From Eledone cirrhosa (Eukaryota): DNA of 64,000 nucleotides. Shown here in pieces: positions 1-14,395 of the stretch. The DNA is taken from contig OZ024742.1 in NCBI GenBank assembly GCA_964016885.1, positions 131,440,001 through 131,504,000 on the forward strand, given 5' to 3'. The position numbers and the translations under genes were made by a program. Within the stretch, counting starts at the first letter, position 1. Each line of letters opens with the position of its first letter. The notes below the pieces were generated by a model. It did not search any database, had not been told where the DNA came from, and worked only from the letters and a program-made list of their open reading frames with translations.

Positions 1-656
1 AAAAAAACTGACTAGGCATCTAAGCTTAGATACCTCTGATATTTAAATGGCAAAAGCAAGACTACTTGCCTTTGTGACACAATGATGTCAAACGACTGGT
101 TAAATAACAACTAGACCAGATTACAAAGCACTGAATTTGAAATAGAGAGGCATGTTGCATGATATTGTTCTAGATATATTGTATCTGAAACAAAATATTT
201 GTAGGATCATCATAGATATGATGCCTTTTTTCATAGTTCTGCAGGATCATGTTTGACTTTGGGCAAAACAAAAACATCCCCATTTTATAAGTAAAATTGA
301 ACCCGATTTGTTTGTTCAAATGTTGCATTGTGTAATTTTCAAGTTGAGAGAATATAGGAAATGTAGAAAAGGGAAATTGCAATAATAATTTCTAACAGGC
401 CACAATTATAATCAATTTAAACGACCTGAGTACTGTAATAGCGACTTCTATAATGAAGACTTCTGAGTATACAAATATTTGTAACGATTATAATGTAAGC
501 ACAGATGACGCAAATGCAGACTTGTATGAAAAAATAACTCCATAATTACTATGTACATTATTATATACATAATATACATACGAAAGTAGAAATATACAAA
601 TACATACATACATACATACATACATACTTACATACATACATGGGGGGGGGGGGCAT

Positions 657-1302
657 CAGCTGACAATAAATGTAGGCTATGTAAAACAAAGATCGAGGAT
701 GTAAGCCACATTGTTGCCAGCTGCGAAAGAATGTCATCTCGCTACTACCTCCCCATGAGAACCATCTGGAACGCACTTTGGAAAACAAAATTAACAACAA
801 ACGAGGAAGAATATATTGAGACAGATGGCACTAAGGAATACTGGTGGAACCTGAAAATAAAAACTGCCACCAAATTAAAGCACAACCGGCCTGATATTGT
901 TGTTTGGGACCACACATTGAAAACGTGCTCTGTTGTGGATATCAGCTGCCCACTTGATGTAAACGTTGTCAGAAAAATATAGGAGGAGGACATCGACGAC
1001 CATTGATGAGGAGTTTACAAATCCAGTATCCAAGATACACCTTTAGCTTCATACCCATCATTATTGGTGCTACGGGTTATATACCAACCCGCTTGGACCA
1101 AAGTATGACTGAACTTGGATTTGCGGACAAAGAGCGCAGCTCCCTAATTCATAGTCTACAAATGGATGCGATAGCTGGCACCTTCAAATTTGCAAAACAT
1201 TCTTGCGATTCAAGGGATGACAATTTCTTTTCTTTTACAACCTTGCCACCAGGAAGGTGGCCGGTCAAAAAAATATACTCGAAATTAAGAGAAAGGGATA
1301 AC
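657..1302 (+). mobile_element. 3' fragment of R4/Dong-like (RLE-type) non-LTR retrotransposon, disrupted
   Basis: Translates CRLC..EDVSHIVASC (CCHC knuckle), then HNRPDIVVWD...VVDISCPLD and IPIIIGATG (restriction-like endonuclease); stops and frameshifts; flanked by (CATA)n. Confidence 0.88.
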
Positions 1303-1492
1303 ATATTTACATACATACTTACCTACATACATACTTACATATATACATACTTACATACATACATTGAAATTGGTTAAAATAATTACGTACATCATTGTGT
1401 GTAGAGATATATTACACATATCATTAAACACTACGCTGCCGGTAAAACAGACATACACCACACACACAACCAGATAAATAACCATATGTATC

Positions 1493-1523
<31 letters not shown>

Positions 1524-1959
1524 TACTTATAAGTGTGACGGACAAATGTCATAGTTTTTGTTTTGAAGTCTGTGTAAACATCAAAGAAAACATTTCCTAA
1601 TGAAAGATATTGAAATATGTCAATTTGTTATTATGATGACACCGTATTGTTGATTTACGCTTTAGACTATCTATCGATCTTTCACACACACACACACACA
1701 CACACTCTCTCTCTCACTGTGTTTCGCTCTCAACAATAAACATTATAGTGAAAGTCTTTTCTTAAAGTCTATGGTTATCACTTTCATTCTGAGGACATAC
1801 ACGGTTCACCTATCTTTCACACACACTCTCTCGTGTGTTTCTCTCTCGACAACAACGTCTTTACACTCCTGCCTTTTTCACCCCTTCTACATATATGCTG
1901 TGGCGGACAGACATACGGAGCAACAGCCTCTCTTATATAGTATAGATTGTATATATACT

Positions 1960-2018
<59 letters not shown>

Positions 2019-2098
2019 TATATATATACATTCTAATAATAAATGTAAAGACTAAAATCCGGAGAGAGTTCGGAAAGGATTATATATATATATATATG

Positions 2099-2170
2099 AA
2101 AGCAAAGAATCCGTGCTTTCACCCTTAAAGGTGAAAGCAGCGATTCTTTGATTAAAATTTAAACTGTTCT
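2099..2170. repeat. Short fold-back of hammerhead-bearing family B, folded at ribozyme loop II
   Basis: aagcaaagaatccgtgctttcacc-cttaa-aggtgaaagcagcgattctttgatt; same sequence at 33990 and 35888; preceded by (TA)n. Confidence 0.75.
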
Positions 2171-2378
2171 TATAATACAAAGACACACACAGAAACACCT
2201 CCCCCATATATATATATATATATAGTTTACGGAATTGTAACGTCTATTATCGAAACCCGAAGAGCTTTTGATTCCAGAGTCGATACCGGTCGATACAGAT
2301 CGAGCTTTGAGTTGATCAATCCCGAAACGCGCGTCATGCCTCAATAAATGTAATGACGATCTAAGAACTGGGCCTGTC

Positions 2379-2409
<31 letters not shown>

Positions 2410-2729
2410 GTGGCTGCCAACTCGTTTTCGAGTACGGCCACTACTTTATATCCATGTAGGAGAACCCCTACCGATGCGCTGAACGAGTGTGACTTTTTAG
2501 TCCAGCCAGCGACTTGAAAACTCTGGTACAAACACTACACTTGTGACAATTATCGACACATAGTGCTTTGCCTTTGGTACCATGTGACGACAAGTGCAGA
2601 GAGATCTCCAGATATAAAGCAATGCCTGTGCCGTGAAGCTTTTATAGTGAGCAAAGGCACTGCACAAAGCCAGTCCCACTCTCTTAACCAAGATGATATT
2701 TACCAAAAAGAAGAACAAGTCAACATCAT

Positions 2730-3016
2730 TGGATACCGTCAGGGTTGCAGGTGTTATATCGGAGTTTTCCTTCTCCTAGAATTCTGCCTTGACAAAGGCT
2801 AAGGGGTCATCTCTCCCAGTGATTTTGGATGGCCATTGACTCTTAAGAGCTCCTTTTCCCTTTGACAGGTTTTGTTTTTAGTCCTGCAGGATGTCCAAAG
2901 TCATCCTCCTCACCAAGAAACCCTGGTGGGGTTGCCAGTTTAGTCGCCAACGACCCGACCATGAGACAGGTTGTACTGGGATACATGTTACCAGTAGCAC
3001 CAAGTGGTGATCTGAC
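2730..3016 (-). mobile_element. 5' part of non-autonomous RTE-like repeat (family D)
   Basis: Reverse complement aligns to 15300-15640; ctaggagaaggaaaactc motif like RTE 5' UTRs. Confidence 0.7.
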
Positions 3017-3153
3017 ATATATATATACATACATGCATACAAACATATATACATGCATACAAACATATATACATACATACATTCTAACATACATATAAAA
3101 ATGAGAAAACTCATCTCTAGAACACCTAAATGTTATATGTATGTATGTATGTA

Positions 3154-3752
3154 TGGGCGGAAGAACTCATAAGAGTCAACAGCCATCCAAAAGTGTGTAA
3201 ATATGTATATACACATGTACATATGTATGGATATGCGCGGGGACATAGAAATAGTCGGGCTGGACCGCCGATCGCGCGGTTAAACCACTTGGAGTGAAGG
3301 ACCACTAGCATTCTTCTAGGAGAAGGCAAATCAGGAAACTGGGATAACTCCGATATAAAACCTACGGCTCAGTAGTTACCGATGACTTTTCTTCTTTTAG
3401 GGTTATAGCTATAGTCGTTCAGATTGGCTCAGTGCACAGTCTTTCCTCACTTTAAAAAATATCTTCACGCACAGCACGATAGAATTAATTAATTGTTTCT
3501 AGTTTAGGCACAAGTCCAGCAATTACCCAGCGCATTACTGGTACTTTATTTTATCGACCCCGTAAGGATGAAAGGCAAAGTCAACCTCGGCGGGATTTGA
3601 ACTCAGATCGTAAAGGGAATAACTATGCTGGAAAGTATGGCGTCCGACCCTCTACCGATACTGCCGATCCCCCGCACGATAGAATTAATTAATAATTATT
3701 AATAATGGTATATCGTGCAATGGCCATACTCGGTAACGAGGGGGCAGCCATC
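3154..3752 (+). mobile_element. Family D copy (3' part) interrupted by a SINE; (TATG)n tail
   Basis: Aligns to 15456-15833 except for the insert at 3494-3673. Confidence 0.8.
3494..3673 (-). mobile_element. tRNA-derived SINE (family A) with 20-bp TSD
   Basis: Box B gagttcaaatccc and core gactttgcctttcatccttacggggtcgataaaataaagtaccag on minus strand; gcacgatagaattaattaat repeated at 3474-3493 and 3674-3693; empty site near 15754. Confidence 0.92.
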
Positions 3753-3923
3753 ATGTGTGTATGTATGTATGTATGTATGTATGTATGTATGTATGTATGT
3801 ATGTATGTATGTATGTATGTATGTATGATGTATGTATATGTGTGTATATGTATAAATATTGTTGCGCTTAAGAATTCTATTTATTTGATGAATTTAATAT
3901 ACATTACAAATCTAATATGTTTA

Positions 3924-3958
<35 letters not shown>

Positions 3959-4570
3959 ATATATATCTAATTATACATTCATAATCTCATACATATATGA
4001 TATTATATAATTTATAATAATATATATATATATATATATATGCACATTATGTATATATAATTGTAACACTCGCATAAACTCACACACACACACACACATA
4101 TATATATACATAAATAGCCTTATTTATTATTATATACAAATACTTATATAAATCTATTCATTCATTCATGAATATACTCAGACCTATAGTTATAGTAATT
4201 CCTACATACATACAAATTACGTCCATCAATGCTATATACATGAAACTACATATACTAATATATATATAGATATACCTCAGCAACTCATGCTATTTATCTT
4301 GTGGAAAGTTTGGCTAACCTCTCTAGAGAATGTCGGTCTGAACCCACCTTTTCCCATCACTAAATATCAATGGAATCGAAAATTAACGAGCGCAGATCTT
4401 TCGAAGTTCACCTTTTATGATTGATATTAAATAGTTGTGCAACTTACTTATTAATTAAACGCTCAAACATCCATTCATCTATCTACACACGCAAACAAAC
4501 ATATACACATATCTATATATTTCTGTATATTTATATATACAAATTTATATATATACACACACACGCACAC

Positions 4571-4638
<68 letters not shown>

Positions 4639-4713
4639 ATATATAAAGATATATATATATATATATAAAGATATATATATATATATATAAAGATATATAT
4701 ATTATATATATAA

Positions 4714-4748
<35 letters not shown>

Positions 4749-4925
4749 ATATACATATATATGTGTACATAAGGTATGTATGCTTTGTGTATGTATTTCT
4801 CCCCCTCTCTTCCTCTCTCTCTTTCTCAAACGTCCATTCATCTATATATTCATCTATCTAGATACGAACACAAACGTACACACATACACACACACACGTA
4901 TAAATATATCTATCAAATACAGACA

Positions 4926-4969
<44 letters not shown>

Positions 4970-5046
4970 TAAATTTTTATGTATACGCATACATATATAT
5001 ATATATGTATGTATATATATATATATATATGAGTATGTGTGGTTGC

Positions 5047-5085
<39 letters not shown>

Positions 5086-5169
5086 TATGTGTGTGTGCGT
5101 TTATATATATATATATATATAAGTATGTGTGTTTGCGTATATATATATATATAAGTATGTGTGTTTGCG

Positions 5170-5203
<34 letters not shown>

Positions 5204-5457
5204 TAAATTACACTGCTACGTTGCTATCGCTGTAGATTTTATCTTTCAGTTTATCTGTTCAACTCTGCCTGTCCGTTTTGCAACCTAGTCACACACATAT
5301 CTATATATCTGTTATTGGTATCATTGCATCATTTAAGAATATATTATTAGCACACACTCGGATCGCTGTTAGTCGTCCTTCGTGTCAGAAGATGATGCTT
5401 TGCTGTATTTGTCACAGTCAAGTACCAAACTCACTTCTTCATTCATTGCGTTTTCTA

Positions 5458-6122
5458 TCTAAACTATAATAAAGAAAGGAGTTCGGGACTGCATCCAGAA
5501 TATATTTTTACCCCGTTTGTAAAATAAGTTGGATTACTTTGAATAAATAATTGTTTCTACTTTTGGCACAAGGCCAGCAATTACCCAGTACATTACTGGT
5601 ACTTTATTTTATCGACCCCGAAAGGACGAAAGGCAAAGTTGACCTCGGCGGGGTTTGAACTCAGAATGGAAAGGGCCGTAACTTTATGCGTCAAAGCATG
5701 GTGTCCGACTCTCTACCGATACAGCCAATAATGAATGCATATTATATAATTTATCTACTAAATTTCGTGGCTGTTCATTAAATATTTTTTATTACTGATT
5801 TAAAGATTCACTTGTTTAAAATGTTCAAATGCCAACAATTCCGGTTAGCGATCACTTAAATAACCATTCATATATTTCCGTCACTAATTTTCTCTTAATG
5901 CAGTTTATATATAATATCGTCTTTTTTTAATGTATTACGTTACTGATTACATAAGAGAGTGTAACTTAGTCTTCGTTCAATTTCTGTGGATATTGTCAAT
6001 TACGATTTTATTTGATGTATAATATATACATGCATATATACTTGCGTATAATATCGTATAATATCAATATGCACACTACACATGCTAGCAGAAAACCACC
6101 TGAGGGGTGGTTTTTCTGCTAA
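5458..6122 (+). mobile_element. Non-autonomous Helitron (family H1) with nested SINE
   Basis: A|TC start, terminal hairpin tagcagaaaaccacc..ggtggtttttctgcta, CTAA|T end; second copy at 47957-48437. Confidence 0.8.
5548..5727 (-). mobile_element. SINE family A nested in Helitron
   Basis: Same consensus as 3494-3673; absent from the 47957 Helitron copy. Confidence 0.88.
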
Positions 6123-7565
6123 TCTCTTTAATGACTGCGTTGCACTATGATAATTTTTACAGAAGAACATTCACAACCTCTCGTTCTTCAGAAAAGATGA
6201 AGCATGAAGAAAGTGTCTAGCAACCGACTCTCATATACAAATTCCTATGACACTGAACATGGCCATTATCGGCTTCATATTCAGCACAGCTCGAAACAAT
6301 CTCAAAGGTCTCTTGTAAATTGCCATAATTTGGGATTTTTGCTGGGTTTTGCCTTATACGTAAGAAAATAAACCATTTTATTTAGATAGATAGAAAGATC
6401 AATAGAAAACTAGATAGATCGATAAATAGATAGAGTGATAGAAATGTTGATAGTTTCCACCTTAGATGTTTAGCTGCCGTCCTATAGGGGTTATTTTCAG
6501 TGATGATGGTTCCGGATAGAACAAAGAACATATTATGCAACGTAGCTGATTTAAATGGAGTGAGCGAGGGATAGATAGATAGATAGAATGAGAGAACAAG
6601 AGAGCAAGAGAAAGAGAGCAAGAGAAAGAGAGCGAGAGAGCAAGAGAGAGAAATGGGGGGCAGGTGTTCGATAGAGGAAAGATAAAATATGACTCCAGTA
6701 CTGGTATCATATTTAATGTCATCGGAAGGATGAGTGTAGAAAACGGGAACATATATTACAAGACAACCTATTTGGCCCTCTAATGAGACTGCTAATTCAA
6801 TAGACTTTTGCTACGATGCCCTGCAATAATTGAATTATAAAAGCAAGAAAATCTAAGGGTGTATTAGAATGAACCATTTTGTTTTCTGCTCGGATACAAT
6901 GAATTATATTTTGTTGCGTTGCGGGAAGATAATTAATAAAGAAATCTAATCTCTTAACACCTGATTGAGTCGTAGGGTCGTCGGAATTTAAATCTATTCA
7001 CCTCCAAGTAGGAACAGAGTCCATTTCTTCCAAAGAAAGAGATAGATAGATGGAAAGGGATAGAAAAAGAGAGACAGAAGAGAGAGAGGAGGAAAGCCAG
7101 CCAAAGATAGAGGACAGAAATAGATATAGGAGAATGTGCGTATAGAGAAATAATTTAATTCAGTATTGAGCTGGGAAAATATTTATGGACCTCGAAAGTA
7201 TGAAATTGAATAATATAAACAATTGTAGCTACACCATAGGTTTATTAGATGTGGGCTTATTGCTTTAGGTGAAGGATTGTTTATAAGAGCCAAAATGTGT
7301 GAATGAATTGGATTTATCAATAAACGCAAGTCTGGTACAATATTAGAAGCCTGCCCAAATTATGGGTAGGCTTAAATATATATAAAATGGATTTTCAGCG
7401 TGGCCCATAGTGCCGAATATGTAACATTAGTCAAATTTTTAAGATAACAAGAATGATATCCCACACTTATTTCTAAATAGACACCTAGGAAAACATAATA
7501 TTAAAATAAGGAGAAAAAGAGGGAAAGAACTTGGCGTGATACACACACACACACACACACACACA

Positions 7566-7605
<40 letters not shown>

Positions 7606-7656
7606 CATATTGTATACTCATACATACACATACATATCTCTATATAAATCTATATG

Positions 7657-7745
<89 letters not shown>

Positions 7746-7819
7746 CGATAGGGAGAGAGAGAAAGAGAGAGAGATAGAAAGAGAGAGAGAAAGAGAAATA
7801 TATATATATATATGTATGT

Positions 7820-7923
<104 letters not shown>

Positions 7924-8269
7924 GATATATACAATGGTACAACAACTAGATATCGACCAATGGCTTTCGGCTAAACTAACTCTTCTGAGCCATGATCACC
8001 AACAGTGATTTATGAGCGTTTCACAGTTCTTAATGTTGCATATAATCGAATTGATTGTGTGTCGCTATTTCGAACCAGTGGTGATATAGCGAGTGATTTA
8101 GAGAAGGCATGCCTTACCATTAATAGGTATGCAAGTCACATGGTTTGGCAACATGCATCATTGGAAATCAGTATTTCCGGAACCATTCCGTACACATCAA
8201 CTATTGTAGCAACAGCAAGAAAGAAAATCTAAGAACAGAAGTGAAATGTAGAAGAATTGGAAAGAAAAG

Positions 8270-8270
<1 letters not shown>

Positions 8271-8357
<87 letters not shown>

Positions 8358-8368
8358 ATATGTATATA

Positions 8369-8413
<45 letters not shown>

Positions 8414-8458
8414 GTATATATATATATGTATATATATATATATGTATATATATATATG

Positions 8459-8550
<92 letters not shown>

Positions 8551-8575
8551 TATATACATAGATATAAATTCATAC

Positions 8576-8650
<75 letters not shown>

Positions 8651-8680
8651 CATAATATACACATAGATATAAATTCATAC

Positions 8681-8729
<49 letters not shown>

Positions 8730-8945
8730 CATAATATACACATAGATATAAATTCATACATATATATATATGTATTTATATATATATATATATATGTGTG
8801 TGTATATATATATATGTGTGTATATATATGTATGTGTGTGTATATATATATGTGTGTGTGTGTGTGTATATATATGTATGTGTGTGTATATATACATATG
8901 TGTGTGTGTGTGTGTATCTATACATATATATATATATATACACAC
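8271..8945. repeat. Compound (TA)n/(TG)n microsatellite with repeated catagatataaattcatac unit
   Basis: Direct inspection; unit recurs at about 8557, 8662 and 8741. Confidence 0.9.
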
Positions 8946-9379
8946 ACGAAATCTTGTTGCAAATATCTTCTGCACAATCGAATTTTATCTGGGATATCGA
9001 AAATAGTGGTGATGTCTGTGGATGCGGTGGTAGTATGAGGTTGTTGTTACACGATGATCTTTAGCTGTAGTTTATCTGTTTTAATGACTTAGGACGAAGT
9101 GAGAGTCTAGTAAGGTTGTAGTAGTGTAGTATGGTTGTGGCGGTGATGGCTGGTTTCTGCATTGTTGTTTGTTATGTTGGTGGAGATTGTTAGTTATGTC
9201 CCTTGGCTGGACGTATTTTCTCCTGAATCATCGTTGTTGTGTTCTGCGCTATAGTCAAGTACTATTGTAATTTAGTTTAGTGGTGATTTTTTTAAAATAC
9301 CAAGCTTTAAATAGGTTTATTTGCAATAGTTTATGTCTTTGCCTATTAATCCGTATGGTGAGCAAATGGGGTCCCACGT

Positions 9380-9432
9380 GTTGGCCTCCCCACAGCCCCG
9401 GCGGACAGGATGGAAAAGGGCGTTTCCCCGGA
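9380..9432 (-). mobile_element. Short 3'-terminal fragment of CRE-like element
   Basis: Matches 62480-62528 (GNA..ILSAGAVGRP terminus). Confidence 0.75.
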
Positions 9433-9758
9433 GTACAGCAGATTTCTTCCAGAGAAAGACAGAAAGTGAGAGAAACAGGAATTGCAAAAAGACATAGAGA
9501 CATAGACCCCAATACTAGACTGGTACTTTTTTTTATCGACCTCGAAAGGATGAACGACAAAGTTGACCTTGACAGGATTTGAACTCACAGAGCAGAGAGC
9601 CGGAACGAATTCCATAAAGTAATCTATTCGATGTCCATGCAGCTCTACCAATTCATACATACATACATACATATATATAAATATAAATATATATATATAA
9701 ATATATATATATATAAATTATAGTAGGAGATAATCACACTTCGATTTTGATATCACCT
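9430..9758 (-). repeat. Composite repeat: short segment + (TA)n + variant SINE; inverted copy at 58729-59087
   Basis: Sequence on both sides of the microsatellite aligns between the two loci. Confidence 0.8.
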
Positions 9759-9761
9759 TTG

Positions 9762-9937
9762 ATAGCCCTTTACGTTCTGAGTTCAAATCCCGCCGAGGAT
9801 AGCTTTGCCTTTCATCCTTACAGGGTCGATAAAATAAAACACCAGTAATGCACTGGAGTCGATTTAATCGACTTTTCCCCGTCCTTCAAATTGCTGGCCT
9901 TGTGCCTAAAGTAGAAACAATTATTATTATTATTATT
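9762..9937 (+). mobile_element. SINE family A, 5' truncated, (ATT)n tail
   Basis: ctgagttcaaatcccgccgagg...gtagaaacaattattatt. Confidence 0.85.
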
Positions 9938-11332
9938 GTTCTTTGAGTCTCAGTCATTGATGTTAGTTAACTGGACAGTTTGTTGAAATGAATATCAAGC
10001 CGCTACCTGCAGCCTCAGATATTCAGGACGTATCGGAGGGTCCTTGCTGTTCCCAGCAAGCATGCCTTTTGAAGCGTTCCAAAAAGCGTGGCGGGGCCAA
10101 TTTTCTTTAACCATCCCTGGAAACCTTTTGAGATAGTACCTAGTGCACCTATGACAATCGGGATCACTTTGACTTCATGGCAGTTTCAAATCCTTTTTAC
10201 CTCCCACTTTAAGTCCTGGTATCGGTTAATTTTCTCCCTCTCCTTCTCTTGCACTCTCGTGTCGAATGGGCAGGCCACATCCACAATCAGGCACGATCGT
10301 TTTTCCTTGTCCAAAACCACCAGGTCAGGTCTATTGTGTTCCAGTTTCTTGTACGTCTGTATCCTAAAATCCCACAGCACCTTCACCTGATCGTTTTCTA
10401 TCACCGACTCTGGCTTATGCTCATACCACTTCTCAGAATATGGTAAATTGTTTACTTTGCATAGGTACCAGTGGATCACCCTGCCCATCACATCATGTCT
10501 CCAGCCCTTATAGTGAGTCTAGGCTAGATGTTTACACTCGGATACAATGTGAGCCACAGTCTCCTCTCTCTTCTCCACAGATCCTGCACAGTGGGCTAGC
10601 CTCCTCCTTGTAAATATGGTGTTTCAACCACTTCGTTTTGAGGGCCTGCTCTTGCGCAGCCATTAGCATTCCTTCTGTAGCCTCTTTTCAACCAGTTCCA
10701 TGTCTGTGGATTTCTGAATTCAGTTTTCTCAAAGAAGGTACTATGAAGGGATTTTTCATGAAGGCTGCTCTTTCTCCTTGTTGTTATTTCCTCCTTGGAC
10801 ATCCCCTGGTATATTGTCCTCTCCTTCAGTACAATTCTGAGCATTGGCTCCTTACTATCAGTCACGTATTTCTGTAGGTTGCTTTTCTCCATCTGAACAC
10901 AGTCCTCTATGCTGATATGACCTCTTCCACCCTCAGATCTCCTTAAGTAGAGTCTATCGACATCACTCCTCTTTTGGAACATGTTGTAGATAGTCAATAG
11001 CTTCCTAGTCTTCCTATCCATTTCTTTTTATTCAGCAACATTCCATCTCAGAATTCCCGCACTGTACCTAACAATAGACACAGCTCGGGAATTTACTGCA
11101 CTTATGGCATTCCTACTGTTCAGATGTGAATTTAATAAGCCCCTTACTCTCCGAATGTATTCAGATCTTATCAATTCCTTCATTTTTTTTGTTCTTGATG
11201 TCATCAGCCTCCAGAACACCCAAATACTTGTATCCTTCTTCAGTGTCAATTTCCTTTATCATCTCACCTGTTGGTACCTGGATTCCGTTGCTTCTGCTCA
11301 ATTTACCCCTCTTCATCACAAGGACTCCATGT
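9938..11332 (-). mobile_element. R4/Dong-like RLE retrotransposon 3' fragment (RT thumb, CCHC, RLE)
   Basis: YKYLG; RLYLRRSEGGRG; CRICG..ETVAHIVSEC..RHD; LWDFRIQT..HNRPDLV..IVDVACP; 3' end abuts (TAA)n. Confidence 0.9.
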
Positions 11333-12059
11333 TAAATTCATGGTTAAATAATTTGCCTCTCGGTTTCTATTTTAAGTATGGGTAACTTGTGTTTTCAAAT
11401 GATATTTAAATTTACTGGAGCATTACTGGTGTCAAAAGATAAATAATAGCTACTATCCAGTTTTTAATGTAAACTTTGCTGGAAATTGAGATTCGTATAT
11501 GTATGAATTTGATATTTTCTGTGTAGTCTGAGTATGTTGTTGCTTAGTCTCAGCTAAACGCTGATCAAATAGGCATTTGATCAACATTCACCCAAGAATG
11601 ATTTGTTGATTTTTATACGTTATACAACGAGGAACATATTGCCCACTCTGCTTTCTTTTAAGACGATAGAGTGTAAGTCGAGGGAGATTTAACTGAAAAT
11701 ATTGTTATGACGGTGACGTTTGATAGAGATTTTCACAATCGTTTATCCGCCTTTCTATCGCCACCAGTTGATCAAGTTTGCTGTTGTCTATACTCAGATC
11801 AAATCAATTCAACTTGTGTAGCGAAACAATTAGACACGGCCCAAGGATTATTAGATACGTTTTGCTGTAGCCGATTTGGCATTGTGGTTTAAGTGATGCC
11901 TTTTCGTCGCAAATGATATTTCGCACTCAATATTTTTGGAACGAGACGTATTCGCGAGAAAATTTCGTTTTTATTTTACATAACTACGAACGTCTTCTAC
12001 TCACTCACTGCTAACCGACAATTCAACAGCTAGAATTCTTTTGGATGGTGGAGAAGTCG

Positions 12060-12170
12060 GTTAAATCGACCCAAGAACGTTACTGGCACTTTGTTTTATC
12101 GAAACCATAAGTATGAAAGGCAAAGCTAACTTCGGCAGGATTTGAACTGAGAACTTTAAGGGACGTAACA
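12060..12170 (-). mobile_element. Degenerate SINE family A
   Basis: tgaaaggcaaagctaacttcggcaggatttgaact. Confidence 0.7.
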
Positions 12171-12236
12171 ATATGCCACAAAGCAACAACATGGCAAAAA
12201 TATACAAAAATATACAAAATTTATCCAGAGTATTGA

Positions 12237-12327
12237 AGTATTTAAGAGTATTCAACTGAATTTGTAATATAATCGGCTTGTCTCGCCACAGCCCCGGCGA
12301 ACAGAACAGAGAAGGCGTTTCCCCGGT
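12237..12327 (-). mobile_element. Short 3'-terminal CRE-like fragment with 3' UTR
   Basis: Matches 62480-62528 and shares its 3' extension with 46540-46625. Confidence 0.75.
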
Positions 12328-13215
12328 TTGTGATGCTAAAAATGCTGTTTGCAAAAGGAAGTTACAAAACGTAGATAGTATCAGCTATTGTAAGACCATT
12401 GGAAACAACATTTCCTTGGTCCGATTTGAGGAGTTCCACCCCAATCGGTAAGCGGATGAGGTTTGGGATCTTATCGATTGATTCAATTGATGTGTTAGTA
12501 GCTTAAATAAATCATATTTGAAGGTTGTTTTGTTATGTAAGAGAAATTTGTTTTATAGATATTTCATATTCCATGCGCATTGTTGTGGTAAAAGTTGTGT
12601 TAGTAATAATTATGTTGGTGATATATGTTGTGTTGATGGCTTCATGGTTTGGGTGGTGTTGATGATGATAGTGAAACAGTTTTGGTGTATTGGTTTTCAT
12701 TGCGTGTACTGATAATTTAAGATCGATCAGTGATTGAAAGAATCAATATATCAGTACGCCAAATTATATATTACGATATCTCTATATAACAAGAATGTGA
12801 TACGCATGGAAGTATAGATAGGTTATAATTATCAATTAAATATATAAGACAATACAAACATAATAGCATACACATAAATCAATGTGTCGTTCATATTTAT
12901 ATATGCAAGAAAAAATGAGATGGTGGATGAATATTACCCAACACGGCAATTTTACTTTAGTTATAGAATCTTTTATCTCGCTTTCTCTTTTTCACTCTCT
13001 CTCCCGTTCTCTCTCTTACCCTCTCTCTCACTTTTACTTTCTCACTCTTTCTCTCTCTCTCTCTCTATCTGTCTATCTATATATACACTCTCCCTTTGTC
13101 GCTGTATATACATAATTACATACATACATACATTCATATATATACAATATATATATATATATAAATATTCCTTCATTGTGCTGTCGTTTGCCTTGTTATT
13201 TCAGTTTATTTCTTG

Positions 13216-13292
<77 letters not shown>

Positions 13293-13297
<5 letters not shown>

Positions 13298-13429
13298 AAC
13301 AAGTAAGACCCCGACGGCTTGAGCTCAGCCGTCGGGATCTTACTTGTTCCTATTACCCACTCTACTACCCTAAGTATTGAGTACTTTGGTGCGTTATGGT
13401 CCACCTGGTTCCTTACCACATTTCCTTCG

Positions 13430-13431
<2 letters not shown>
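13293..13431. repeat. Short fold-back element in (TA)n; related to 26410-26530
   Basis: taggaacaagtaagaccccgacggct / agccgtcgggatcttacttgttccta arms; tail cctaagtattgagtactttggtgcgttatggtccacctggttccttaccaca shared. Confidence 0.8.
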
Positions 13432-13469
<38 letters not shown>

Positions 13470-14395
13470 TATACTCACACACACATATATATTTATATAC
13501 ATATATATTGTTATATATCGTTATATTTGGGAATGGTCATGTATCCAATATTGCCAATAGAAAGAAACACGCGCACCATATATTTGTCACTTTATGTTTA
13601 TCTGTATCGTTCGTTATTAATTCGTTTGTCAAATTTCTTTCGTTACACATTCTGTGACTTTTTCAATGTCAATCTACTTTGTACCTCCTCCTTTTCCTGG
13701 TATTAAACTTCTATTCAAACTTGTCTTTGTTTTGTGATACACCTTTCGTGTTTCGTAGCCACGGTAATTTGTCTGAGTGTTGTGTCGGTTTTATCTGTGG
13801 ATAGGATCTTTACTTCTATGTTATCTATTGAGCCCTCGCGTTTTAGTTTGGCATGTTGGTATAGCAGGAATGAGCTTTTATTTTCCTTAAGATGTTGCCA
13901 GTGTTTATATATATGTACATGAATGTATGTATATATGTGCTTCTGGTTTTATAATTTCACAAATGTTGCCAATAGAGAACGAGTCGGTTTCTAGCATACA
14001 CACAATACTCTCTCATTGGAATTTACACAAAATCAACTAGGTAGATTATGTATGCATGTCTGCATGCATGCATGTGTAGATATGGATGTTGTTGTATGTG
14101 TGGATGTGTATGTTTTGAGTTGTATGTGTGCATGCTTAGTATCTGTACACGTATATATGCAGTTATTAGATGCAACATTTTTGGAATGTTTTACATATTT
14201 TTACTGTTCCATTAATGCATTGTACTTATAATTTCCTGACTAGTTGTGTTCTTTCTGTTCCTGTGAAGTCTAGCTTCTCAAGATTTGTATTGAGGCAGTT
14301 ACTATGTATGTATGTATGTATGTATGTATGTATGTATGTATGTATGTATGTATGTATGTATGTATGTATGTATGTGCATGGGTGCATGTGTATGT

